Origin: Candidatus Stammera capleta
GTDB lineage: Bacteria; Pseudomonadota; Gammaproteobacteria; Enterobacterales; Enterobacteriaceae
Direction: 5' to 3'
NCBI GenBank assembly: GCA_036689515.1
Contig: CP144846.1
Location: forward strand, 166,081-230,080
DNA: 64,000 nt
Shown here in pieces: positions 44,262 through 56,104 of the stretch. How positions within the stretch are numbered: position 1 is the first letter of the stretch; every line of letters begins with the position of its first letter. Under the pieces are notes generated by a model, which saw only the letters and a program-made list of their open reading frames with translations, ran no database searches and was not told where the DNA came from. The translations under genes were made by a program, and so were the position numbers.

Positions 44262-44666
44262 CTATCAAACTAAATTTAATAAAAAATATTCTAAAAATTT
44301 CATTTTTTTATAATTAATATAATTTATATGATTATATCCTAAAATATGTAAAAATCCATGTATTAAAAGATGTGAAAAATAATATAAATAATCTATATTA
44401 TTAATTAACGATTCATTTCAAATTACTTTAGGAGACATTATAATTTCACCTAAAATATATGAATAATTGTTTTTAAAAACTAAATTATTATTAAAAGATA
44501 AAATATTAGTAGATTTATTAATATTTTTAAATTTTAAATTAATATTTAATATACTAATTTCATTCATTAATATAATATTTACTTTATTTTTAATTTTTAA
44601 AAATTTATTTAAAATATAAAATCATTTAAATAAAAAATATTCATTAGGATAAAAAAAAAAAATCAT
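44262..44666 (-). CDS. ybeY: Endoribonuclease YbeY (conservative ORF from the ATG at the homopolymer; see finding)
   Basis: NKSTNILSF and HLLIHGFLHILGYNH (zinc-binding H..H.....H) are present. The spacing from the FKW Trp to LSF is identical to E. coli YbeY. The gene ends at TAG 44262. miaB lies upstream as in E. coli. Confidence 0.75.
44651..44662. repeat. A12 homopolymer (T12 in the ybeY mRNA) at the ybeY 5' frame break
   Basis: I read one full block of ten a plus two more, flanked by ggat and tcatcaca. The length should be confirmed computationally. Confidence 0.5.
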
Positions 44667-44805
44667 CACATAAATTAATAATGTTAATTAATTTACTATT
44701 TAAACATAAACTATTATTTTTTTTCATAATATTTTAATACATTAATAAAAAAATATTTTAATATTAACTTAATTATATTAAATAAATATAATATAAAAAA
44801 ATTAT

Positions 44806-46137
44806 TTATTTTATTAAATTACCATATAAATAATTTATTTCCATTTTAGTTATTCTAACTTTCACTAATTTTCCTAAAATAGAATGAGAATTATATAAAA
44901 AATATACCTTTCTATTATTTTCTGTTCTTCCAAATAAATAACTACTATTTTTCTTAGATACACCTTCTACTAAAATTATTAATTTTTTATTTAAAAATGT
45001 TTTATTTCAATAAATAATATTTTTATTTATTAATTTTTTTACTTCATAAAATCTTCTTTTTTTTTCTAATAAACTAATATTATCTTTCATTAAAAAAGAT
45101 TTAGTACCAGGTCTAGGAGAATATATAAATATATAACTATGATCAAACTTTAATTCTTTTATTAAATCTAAAGTTAATAAAAAATCTTTTTCTGTTTCAC
45201 CAGGAAAACCAATTATAAAATCAGTACTAAAAATCATTTTAGGTCTAACATCCAAAATTTTATTAATTAATTCTTTATAATATTCTATGCAATATTTTCT
45301 ATTCATTAACTTTAATATTTTATTTGAACCACTTTGTACAGGTAAATGTAAATAATTAACAATTTTAGGAATTACTTTATAAGTATATATAATATCATCA
45401 TTAAAATCTATTGGATGACTAGTAGTAAATCTTATTCTTTTAATATTATTTATATATGATATTTTTTTTAATAAAGAAGAAAAATTACATAATTTACCAT
45501 TTAATCAAAAACTTTTATATGAAATTACATTTTGACCTAATAAATTAATTTCATTAATATTATATTTAGATAAATAATTAATTTCTTTAATAATATTATC
45601 AGGTAATCTACTAATTTCTCTACCACGCACAAAAGGTACTATGCAATATGAACAAAATTTATTACATCCTTCCATAATTGGAACATATGTACTTAATCTA
45701 ATATTTTCATTATTATTGTTTTTATTTAAAAAAAAATTTTTTTCTAAATTAAAAGATTTAATATCAATAATTTTTTTTTTAAATCGTAAATATTCCAATA
45801 TTAAATAATATAATTTATATATAGATTGAGGACCACAAATTATATTAACTATATCATTATATAAAAATAATTCATTACCTTTCTGTGAAGCTACACAACC
45901 ACAAACACATAATATCGATTTTTTAACTCTATTTTTTTCTATTTTATTAATAAAATTTAATAATTTATTTTCTGATTTTTGTCTTATAGAACAACCATTT
46001 AAAACAATTAAATCAGCTATTTTATAATCTATTATTTGTTTATAATCACCTAATGTTTCTAATAAATTAATTATTTTACTAGAATCATATTCATTAATTT
46101 GACAACCTCATGTTTTAATATAAAATGTTTTATTCAT
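44806..46137 (-). CDS. miaB: tRNA-i6A37 methylthiotransferase MiaB
   Basis: MNKTFYIKT-W-GCQINEYDS, MEGCNKFCSYCIVPFVRGRE (radical SAM CxxxCxxC), RFTTSHP, LHLPVQSGS, GFPGET and FIYSPRPGT are present. Track fragments lie in one frame. Confidence 0.9.
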
Positions 46138-46171
46138 ACTAATTTTATATACCAAAAAACAAAAATATAAA

Positions 46172-46247
46172 ACTAGCTACGATAGGATTTGAACCTATGA
46201 CCTCAGCGTTATGAATGCTGTGCTCTTACCTACTGAGCTACGTAGCC
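46172..46247 (-). tRNA. tRNA-Met (anticodon CAU, elongator type), no encoded CCA
   Basis: The reverse complement GGCTACGTAGCTCAGTAGGTAAGAGCACAGCATTCATAACGCTG...GGTTCAAATCCTATCGTAGCTA folds as a tRNA. Its first 15 nt are identical to E. coli elongator tRNA-Met. The anticodon loop is TTCATAA. Confidence 0.85.
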
Positions 46248-46271
46248 TAATTTAAATAATTATTAATTAAA

Positions 46272-46342
46272 CAGGGATACCAGGATTCGAACCTGGGATC
46301 ACGGGATCAAAACCCGTTGCCTTACCACTTGGCTATATCCCA
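46272..46342 (-). tRNA. tRNA-Gln (anticodon UUG), no encoded CCA
   Basis: The reverse complement TGGGATATAGCCAAGTGGTAAGGCAACGGGTTTTGATCCCGT...CCAGGTTCGAATCCTGGTATCCCTG resembles E. coli tRNA-Gln. The anticodon stem is ACGGG/CCCGT and the loop is TTTTGAT. Confidence 0.85.
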
Positions 46343-46362
46343 ATATTATAAATATTTTATTA

Positions 46363-46448
46363 TACGGAAGACGAGATTTGAACTCGTACACTATAAATTT
46401 AGTACTAGATTCTAATTCTAGTGCGTATACCAATTTCGCCACTTCCGT
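46363..46448 (-). tRNA. tRNA-Leu (anticodon UAG), class II, no encoded CCA
   Basis: Acceptor ACGGAAG/CTTCCGT with A73. Anticodon stem CTAGA/TCTAG with loop ATTAGAA. It has a long variable arm and T-arm ACGAG-TTCAAAT-CTCGT. Confidence 0.8.
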
Positions 46449-46501
46449 TTATATATATTTTTATAAAAAAATCACTATATTAATAGTATAATATCATTCA
46501 T

Positions 46502-47380
46502 ATGAAAAATAAATTATTATTTAAAATTTTTAATTATTGTATAAAATTATTTAAAAATAACAAATTATATTTTGGACATAATACTTATAATGCATATTCA
46601 GAAACTATACATTTAATTTATTCAATACTTAAATTAAACTTAAATGAAAAACTTAATAAAATATCAATTAATAAATATCAATTTTATAAAATAAAAAAAT
46701 TAGCTATTAAAAGAATAAAATATAAAATTCCAATAGCATATTTAACTAATAATACATGATTTTGTAATAAAAAATTTTATATTAATAAAAATGTTATGAT
46801 ACCAAGATCACCTATATCAGAAATTATAAATAATAAATTTAAATGTATAAATAAAAAATTTAATCCTAAAAAAATATTAGATTTATGTACAGGAAGTGCA
46901 TGTATTGCTATAAGTTGTTCATACATTTTTCCTAAATCTAAAATTTATGCTGTTGATATTTCACATAAAGCTTTATTAATAGCTAAAAAAAATGTTAAAT
47001 TACATAATAAAACTAAACAAATTATTATTAAACAATCTAATTTATTTAATAATTTAAAAAAAAAAAAATATGATTTAATAATAACAAATCCACCTTATAT
47101 AAATAAAAAACATATAAAATTTTTACCTAAAGAATATTCATATGAACCTTTAATATCTTTAATAACTAAAGATAATGGATTATTTATTATTAAACAAATA
47201 ATAAATAATTCATATAAATATTTAAATAAAAAAGGAATATTAATATGTGAAGTTGGATATCAAAAAAAAAAAATTAAAAAAAAAATACATATTAATTTAA
47301 AATGAATAAAAACAATAAATAAAAAAAACAATATATTTTATATTAAAAAAAAATATTTAAAAAATATTTTTTTTAAATAA
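46502..47380 (+). CDS. prmB: Ribosomal protein L3 glutamine N5-methyltransferase
   Basis: [60 protein letters not shown] and GILICEVG align with E. coli PrmB. Track ORFs 46502..46759 and 46796..47305 are in one frame. Confidence 0.85.
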
Positions 47381-48145
47381 ATATAAAAAATTATTATATA
47401 AATTATTAACCAAATTATTATAATTTATTTTTTTTAATTTACTTATTAAATTTAATATTAAAATAATATTATATGGTGTATTAATTTTATTTCTATAAGG
47501 TTCAGGGGTTAAAAAAGGAGAATCTGTTTCAACCAATAATCTATCTAATGGAATATATTTTATAATATCACGTAAATTAATAAAATTTTTAAAAGTTATT
47601 AAACCAGATAAAGAAATATATACTCCTAAATTTAAAAATTTATATAATTTTTGTTTATTTCCATAACTAAAACTATGTATAATTACTCCAAAATTTAATA
47701 TTGAAAATTTTTTTAAAATATTTAATGTATCATTAAATGCAAATCTACTATGTATAATAATAGGTTTATTATATTTATTAGCATAATATAAATGATAATA
47801 AAAATAATAATATTGTGATTTTTTTAATTCATAATCAACATTTAAATAATCCAAACCAGTTTCACCAATAGCAATAACTTTTTTATAATTAATAAATTTT
47901 TCAATATATCAAAATTTTTTTTTATTAATTGTATTAATATAATTAGGATGAACACCACAAGAAAAAAAAATATTATTAAAATTAGAAAATCTATTAAAAA
48001 TATTTATAAAATTATTAATATTAACAGAAATAGATAACAAATATTTTATTTTATATTTTTTACATAAAAAAATTATTTTTTCTATATTATATATTTTTTT
48101 ATCCAATAATATATCTAAATGACAATGAGAATCTATTAAATACAT
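47357..48145 (-). CDS. ycfH: TatD-family metal-dependent hydrolase YcfH
   Basis: MYLIDSHCHLD, VIAIGETGLDY, PIIIHSR and LLVETDSPFLTPEPYR are present. Track ORFs 47909..48145 and 47357..47854 are in one frame. It follows holB as in E. coli. Confidence 0.85.
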
Positions 48146-48159
48146 TTTATTAAATAATT

Positions 48160-49146
48160 TTAAATTAAATTAATAATATAATATATATCATATATTAACT
48201 TATACAATAAAATTTTTTTATTTAAATTTAAATTATTATTAATATTATTTAAAAATTTTATTAATTTATTTATTATTAATATAATTTTATTAGATTTTAT
48301 CTTTTTACTTAATATATTAAGTAATTCTATAGAATCAAAATTATAAAAATATTTATTATATTTTAATTTAATTTTAAGAATATCAACAAATATATAAAAT
48401 AATCAATATATATTATATTTTAATGAACTATTATTAATTAATAAAAATATTTTATTAATATTATTTTCAAAAAAATATTTAATATTTAATAAAAAATTAC
48501 ATCTAATTTTCCATAATTTATTTAAAAATATTATTGAATATAATGGAGAATAATTACTTAATCTTATAGAAGTTAATAATTCTTTATTATTTCAAATATT
48601 TTTTTTATTTAATTTTTTAATAATTCAATCTAAAGTACATTTTTCTTTAGGAACACATATTTCATATTTATAACATCTACTTAGTATAGTAGGAGGGATA
48701 ATAACATTATTAAAACACGAAAAAATAATAATTAATTTATAACCAGGTTCTTCTAATACTTTTAATAAAAAATTATTAACAAATTTATTATCAAAACTAA
48801 AATTATTAAAATAAATTATTTTATAATTAGATATATATAAATTATTATTAAAAATAGAATAAATTTCTCTTACCTTATTAATATTTATTTCATTTAATTT
48901 ATTAAATAAAAAAAAATTAGGATGATTTTTTTTATTTAATAAACGACAATTTAAACATTTGTTACAACTATAATAATTATTTTTATATATACAAAACATT
49001 CATTTAATTATATTAAAAACTAATATATCTACTCCTAATTCACAACTTGAATTAATTATTAATCCAAAATGATATTTATAAACAATATTTGAACTAATTA
49101 TTTTTTTATATATATTTTTTAATCACGGATATAATTTATATTTCAT
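48160..49146 (-). CDS. holB: DNA polymerase III delta' subunit
   Basis: MKYKLYP-W-LKNIYKKII matches E. coli MRWYPWLRPDFEKLV. CNKCLNCRLL is the zinc module. LLKVLEEPGYKLIIIFSCFNNVIIPPTILSRCYKY is present. I hand-translated to TAA 48160. Confidence 0.75.
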
Positions 49147-49281
49147 AACTAAATATCTATTAATAAATATTTTTAAAATTAATTAATATAATAATATAAA
49201 TTTTAAATATATAAAAATATTGTATTATAAATATTTTAAATGTTAATATATTATATTATTTAATAACAATAGGTTTTATTA

Positions 49282-49884
49282 ATGTCATTAATTACTAAAA
49301 AAGCACCTAATTTTATTACACAAGCAGTATCTAAAAATAATAAAATAATTGAAAATTTTAATTTTAAAAAAAAAATAAAAAATAAAAATTGTATATTATT
49401 TTTTTGACCTATGGATTTTACATTTATATGTCCATCTGAAATATTAGCATTTAATTATAAATATAAAGAGTTTAAAAAAAAAAATACAATTTTAATTGGA
49501 TCATCAATAGATTCAGTATATACACATTTAGCTTGAAAACACACTTCAATTGAAAATGGAGGAATAGGAAATATTAAATTTAATATAATATCAGATATTA
49601 CAAGAAAAATACAAAATTTATATAAAGTAGAATATAATAATAGTTTTTCATTAAGAGCTACATTTTTAATTGATAAAAATAGAATAATTAGACATATATC
49701 TATAAACGATCTACCTTTTGGACGAAATATAGATGAAATATTAAGATTAATAGATGCATTAAATTTTTACTCTGAAAATAAACAATTATGTCCAGCTCAA
49801 TGGAATATAAATAAAAAAGCAATTAATCCTACAAAAAAAGGATTAAAAAAATATTTTAAATATAATTTAAAAGATTTATCTTAA
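49282..49884 (+). CDS. ahpC: Peroxiredoxin, AhpC/Tsa family (2-Cys)
   Basis: [15 protein letters not shown] carries the peroxidatic Cys. RATFLID..RIIRH is present, and LCPAQWN carries the resolving Cys, with the Trp encoded here by TGG at 49801. It is absent from the track because of internal TGA codons. Confidence 0.88.
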
Positions 49885-49887
49885 ATA

Positions 49888-49934
49888 AAAACAATTTTTC
49901 TTCTTTAAGAATAAATAAGAAGAAAAATTGTTTT
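49888..49934. terminator. Perfect 17-bp-stem hairpin between convergent ahpC and rpmG (candidate bidirectional terminator)
   Basis: aaaacaatttttcttct (49888..49904) pairs perfectly with agaagaaaaattgtttt (49918..49934). It is followed by a T run on the plus strand and an A run on the other side. It overlaps the rpmG stop codon. Confidence 0.6.
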
Positions 49935-50094
49935 ATATTTTTTTTTCATTAAAAATTATATGTTTTTTAATTAAAGGATCATATTTTTTAATATTAATCT
50001 TTTTAACTGTATTAATTTTATTTTTAGTAGTTGTATAAAAATAACTACTTTTTGAAGATATTAACTTAATAATTATTCTTTTACTTTTTGCCAT
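49933..50094 (-). CDS. rpmG: 50S ribosomal protein L33
   Basis: [53 protein letters not shown] matches E. coli L33 ([29 protein letters not shown]...KFDPVVRQHVIYKEAKIK). Confidence 0.9.
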   Translation of the reverse strand: MAKSKRIIIKLISSKSSYFYTTTKNKINTVKKINIKKYDPLIKKHIIFNEKKI

Positions 50095-50100
50095 ATTAAA

Positions 50101-50316
50101 TTATTTTTTATTAATAAAATATTCAATTCCTTTTTTATCTATTATTCTAATAGCTTTAGAAGTTACTCTTAACTTTATAAATTTTTTTTTACTTTCTATT
50201 CAAAAACGATGATTATGTAAATTAGGAAAAAATTTTCTTCTATTAGCATTCATTGAATAAGATCTTATATTACCAAATTTAACCTTTTTACCTGTTATTA
50301 AACATTTTTTAGACAT
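50101..50316 (-). CDS. rpmB: 50S ribosomal protein L28
   Basis: MSKKCLITGKKVKFGNIRSYSMNANRRKFFPNLHNHRF-W-IESKKKFIKLRVTSKAIRIIDKKGI matches E. coli L28. The rpmB-rpmG order is conserved. Confidence 0.9.
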
Positions 50317-50394
50317 AATTAATATAATTTTAATATATTATTAATTTAATAATTTTTAAATATAACACATATATACATTTTATTAAAATAAAAT

Positions 50395-53300
50395 TTAATT
50401 ATATTTTTTAAAAAAAATAATATTTTTAAATATAAAACAATTTTTATAACCATAAATATTATTTTTAAATATTCCAAATATAATAATTATATTATTAATC
50501 TTAAATAATTTTTTATTTTTTAAATATAAATATTCAGAAATTATAATTTCAAATATACCCGTATAATCATTAATGTAAAATATATATATTTTATCTTTAT
50601 TTTTTGTAAAAAAAATTTTTTTCATAATTATCAAACCAAAAATATAAATTTTATTTATACCTTTTAAAAAATAAATATTTTTAATATCAATAATATTAAA
50701 TTTTTTTTTTACTAATTTAATATATTTATTAATAGGATGATTTGTTACATATAAACCTAATACTTCAAATTCTTTTTTAAATAAAAAAGATGTTTTATTA
50801 TTATAATTTATATTTTTATATAAATTAATTTCTTTAATAAAATCATCTTTTAAAAAACTTCTTTGTTTAAATAAACTATTTCTATTTTTAATAGAAGCAA
50901 TATTTAATACATATTTTATATTTTTATATAAAACATATCTATTAATTTTAAATAAATCAAAAGATCCAGAAAATATTAAACTTTCTAAAACTAATTTATT
51001 AATTTTAGAAGAAAAAGTTAAAATACAAAATTCTATAAAATTTTTAAAAATTTTATTTTTTGACCTTATTTTTAAAATATATTTTATCGAACTTTTACCT
51101 ATCCCTTTAATAGCACCCAAACCATAAATAATATTACCTTGATTATCTATTTTAAAATAATAATCACTAATATTAATATTTGGAAATATAATTTTTATAT
51201 TATGTTTCTTAGCTTCATAAATCATTATTTTAATTTTATTAAAATCATTAATATACGAATTCATTACAGAAACTATAAATTCAATAAAATAATTAGATTT
51301 CAATCATAAAGTTTGATATGCTATATATGCATATGAAACAGAATGAGATTTATTAAAACCATAACCAGAAGATTTTTCTATTAAAGAAAATATTTTTGAT
51401 GATAAATCAACATTTATACCTAACTTTTTTGAACCTTTTTTAAAAATTTTTCTATGATATTTAATATCGTTTTTGTTTTTTGAACTTATAGATCTCCTTA
51501 ATATATCAGCTAATCCTAAATCATAATTTGCTAATACTTTAGCAATTTCCATTATTTGTTCTTGATATAAAATAATACCATAAGTACATTTTAATATAGG
51601 CTTTAATAATTTATGTTGAATATTTTTATGAGGATAATATATCTTTTCATAACCATGTTTACGTTTAATATAATTATCAACCATACCTGATTTTAACGGA
51701 CCAGGCCTAAATAAAGCTAATAAAGCTATTATATCCTCAAATTTATCTGGTTTTAATTTTTGTATTAATAACCTCATACCTTTAGATTCTAATTGAAATA
51801 TAGCTACAGTATCTGCTTGTTTCAAACATCTAAAACTATTTTTATCTTTTAAAGATAAATTATTAATATTTATTATTTTTTTTTTATTCTTAAAAATTAA
51901 TTTTAATGTTTTATCTATAATAGTTAATGTTCTTAAACCTAATAAATCAAATTTAATTAAACCTACATATTCTATATCTTTTTTATCTAATTGAGTAATA
52001 ATTTTATTATCATTAAAATCAAAAAAAATAGGACAATAATCATCTACTAAACTAGGTGAAATAACTATTCCACCAGCATGTTTACCTAAACCTTTAATAA
52101 ATCCTTCTAATTTAGAAGCTATATATATTAATTTTTTTACTTCAATATTATTTTTATATAAATGAAGTAATTTATGTTCCATAATTAAAGCTTTTTTTAA
52201 TGTTATTCCTATATTAAAAGGAATTAATTTTGCTATATAATCAATAAAATTATAAGAATATCCTAATACTCTTCCTACATCTCTTATAACAGATTTTGCT
52301 GTTAATTTATTAAATGTAACAATTTGAGCAACTGATTGTTTACCATATAAATTTTCTATATGAGACAAAACTTTATCTCTTTGTAACATACAAAAATCTA
52401 TATCAAAATCAGGTATAGAAATTCTTTCTAAATTTATAAATCTTTCAAAAATTAAATCAAATTTTAAAGGATCTATATCAGTAATATATAAAACATATGC
52501 TACTAAAGATCCTGCACCAGATCCTCTTCCTGGACCTACAGGAATATTATGTTTTTTAGCTCATTGTACAAATTCCATTACAATTAAAAAATAATTAGCC
52601 AAAAACATTTTATTTATAATATTTAATTCATTTTCTAAACGTAATAAATATTTTTCTTTTTTAAATAAATTATTTTTATTAAAAATTATTCTTTTATATA
52701 AATTTTTATATGATAATTTTACTATATATTTTTCAGGTTTTTCATTATTTTTAATTTTAAAATTTGGTAATACAATATCCATTTTATTTAAAATAAAATT
52801 ACATCTTTGTGTAATTTGTACACTATTATACAATGCTTCTGGGATATCAGAAAACAAACAACACATTTCATATTCATTCTTTAAATATTGTTGTTCAGTA
52901 TAATTTATATATTTATAAATATTATTTAAATTACAATTATAATATATAGATGAACGTATTTTATTAAGAAAATAATCTTTTTTTTTAAAAAATAAAACTC
53001 TATTTGTAGCTACTACAGGAATTTTAGTTTCATATGACAAATTCATAATATTATTAATATAAATATTTTCATCAATATTTAATACTCTATATATATTTAA
53101 ATAAATTCTATTATTTAATATTTTTTTTCAAAATAAAAGTTTATCTTTTATTAAAATAAAATCTTTAAATATATATAATTTACCTAAACAACTAAATTTA
53201 TCAAAAGAAAATAAAAAAATTAATCCTTCATTAAAATCTAAAATATGTTTAAAATACAATGATATTGTATCTAAAGAAGATTTATTATTTAAATAAGCTA

Positions 53301-53613
53301 AAGAAATTAATTTAACTAAATTTTTAAATCCTTGTAAATTCATTACTAATATAGTAATTAAATGAGATTCATTACCTCAACTAATATAATTATCATAATG
53401 TATATAAATATCAATACCTATAACAGGTTTTATACCTTCAATATAACATTTATTAAAAAATTTTATTGATGCAGATAAATTTGTAAAATCTGTTAATGCT
53501 ATTGATGGCATTTTTATTTTTAATAAATTTTTAATTAATTTATTTATTTTACATAAACCATCTTTAAAAGAATAATCACTATGAACATTTAAATGTATAA
53601 ATTTAGGATCCAT
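50395..53613 (-). CDS. dnaE: DNA polymerase III alpha subunit
   Basis: Five track fragments lie in one frame. The PHP N-terminus is [49 protein letters not shown] and [11 protein letters not shown] are present. The protein is about 1072 aa. Confidence 0.93.
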
Positions 53614-53719
53614 TATTTATTAAATAATTAAATATTTATAAATTAATTATAACATTATAATAATTTATGTTTATTAAAAAAAAGAAATTATTTAAAATAT
53701 TTATTTAAAAATTTTTTTT

Positions 53720-56104
53720 TTATTCTAAATAAAATTGAAAATTATTTATTAAATCGTTTTTATATTTTTTTAATGGAAAACCATAAGAAATATTCAATTT
53801 ACCTATAGGAATTTTAAGTTTTAAAGATATACCATAAGAAATTCTAAATATTTGATTATAATTGTCAATATTATATTTTTTAAAATTTACATTATTTATT
53901 CATCTATTATCCCAAATAATACCTGTATCTAAAAATATATAAGAATTAATATATTGATTAATAAATTTATTTTTTATAAATAAATTTGAAAAATTTAATT
54001 CTGTATTAAAAAATATTAAAGAATTACTTCCTAAAGTATTATCAAATAAACAAAAATACTTATTTTTACTACATTTAAAATTATTTGAATTAATATAAAT
54101 TATTTTAGGTAAAATATTATTTAAATCAAAACTTCTTAAAACATTTTTATAAACATTAAAATTTTCATAAAATGGTACATTAGTTTTATTTAATCCATTT
54201 AAATAACCTAAATAAAAATGAAATGATAAAATAATATTATTATTTTTAAATAATGATAAATATTTATGAAACATAAAAAAAATTTTATAATATAAATTAT
54301 TTCAAATTGAAATCCCTATTTTAGTATTTAAACTTATATAATATCCATTCTTATGAAAAAAATTATTATCTAAATTATTTAATGACAATTTATTTTCTAA
54401 AATAAAATCATTAAAAATAAATCATTTATAATATAAATTATTTATATTTATATTTTTTTTTATAGAATTAAAATATTTTAATATAAAAAATTGAGGTCTT
54501 ATATAAGAAAATTTATTATTAATAAAATTAAAACTAATTTTATATTTTAAAATTTTATTTAAATAAAAAATTAAATTATTTTTTTGACCATATTTAAAAT
54601 TTAAATAATTTAAATTATTATTTAAATATTTAACAAAATAAAATTTATTTATAATTTTAATTTTATTGAATTTATTTAATAACTTAATTAAAGATAAATT
54701 TATTAATTTATAATCAATATTTTTATGTATATTAATTAATAATTTATTATATAAATTAAAAACATTTCTTTTATAAAACATTAAATTATAATTAAATTTT
54801 GTTTTTTTATTAAAACTAAAACCAAAATTTAATTTATATATTTTTTTTTCTATTAATTTATAAATAATATCAATTTTATTATAAAAAAATTTATTTTTTT
54901 TATAAAAAATATTAATATCTTTAAAAAAATGTGTATCAAGTAAATTTTTTAATCCTTTATTAATCAAATATTCATTATATTTTAAATTTTTCATATTAGG
55001 AATTAATTTATATAATAAATTATTTTTATAATTTTTATTACCAATTAATAAAATATCATTTATATAAAAAATATTATTAAATTTTATATTAAAATATAAA
55101 ATTAATTTATTTTTTAAAAAATTTTTATATTTTATATTAGTATCTATATTTAAATATCCTAATTTTTTAAAATATTTATTAATTTTAATAATAAAAAATT
55201 TAATTTTCTTTAAATTTAAATATTCATTTTTATTAAAAAAATGTATTTTAATTTTATCTATAATTATTTTATTTTTTAATAAATCACTAAATGTAAAAAT
55301 ATTAAATATTTTATATCTATTATTTTCATTTAAATATAAATAAATATTCAATAATCCTTTATTATTAAATTTAATAAAAATATTTTTAAAACTAAAATTA
55401 ATATAACCATTATTAAAATATTTGTTTTTAATTAAATTTATATCTTTATTAAAAATACGAGGTATAAATAAATAATCAAATAAATATTTAAAATATATAT
55501 TTAATTTTTTAGTTAATAAAAAAGAAAAAATATTTTTATTACTAAAAAATTTATTACCAAAAATATAAATTTTATTAACATATTTATTATATTTTTTATC
55601 TATATAAAATTTCAAAATTAAATTATTATTGATAATTTGTTTTTTAATTAAAAAATTAATATTAATAATACCTTTACTAAAATAAAAATTTTTTATATAA
55701 TTTTTAAAATTTAAAATAGATATATTATTTAAATATACACCATTTTTTAAATTAAATTTCTTTAAAATACTTAATATATCATTTTTTATAAAATATAAAT
55801 AATAATTATTTGATAAATAAATTTTTTTAATAATTTTTTTTTTATTTTTTATTAAAAATATGTTATTTATATTATTAAATTTAATAATATTTAAATATCT
55901 TAAATAATAATTTTTAAATAATAAATTAATTAATTCATATACCTTTAATAAATTATAATAATTTAAATTTTTAAATTTATTTTTATATAAAAAAAAATTA
56001 TTTTTAATAATATTAGAATTAAAATTTAAATTATTTAATTTACAAGATAAACAACTAAAATTATAAAAAAAAAACATAAATAATAAAAATATAAACTTAT
56101 TCAT
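53720..56104 (-). CDS. bamA: Outer-membrane protein assembly factor BamA
   Basis: Three track fragments lie in one frame, giving about 795 aa. The N-terminus MNKFIFLLFMFFFYNFS looks like a signal peptide. The barrel end has FLDTGIIWDNR-W and ISYGFPLKKYKNDLINNFQFYLE, which matches E. coli [26 protein letters not shown]. The track start at 56128 is TTG, and I prefer the ATG at 56104. Confidence 0.8.

Noticed and set aside
53815-53885. An apparent frameshift in the last 60 codons of bamA, involving T-runs at 53819..53822 and 53876..53881.
   Set aside because: This was the same kind of hand-counting error, with homopolymers spanning line breaks. With one more T at the 53820/53821 junction, the conserved C-terminus (ISYGFPLKKYKNDLINNFQFYLE) is in frame with the upstream fragments, and its stop at 53720 has the correct phase.
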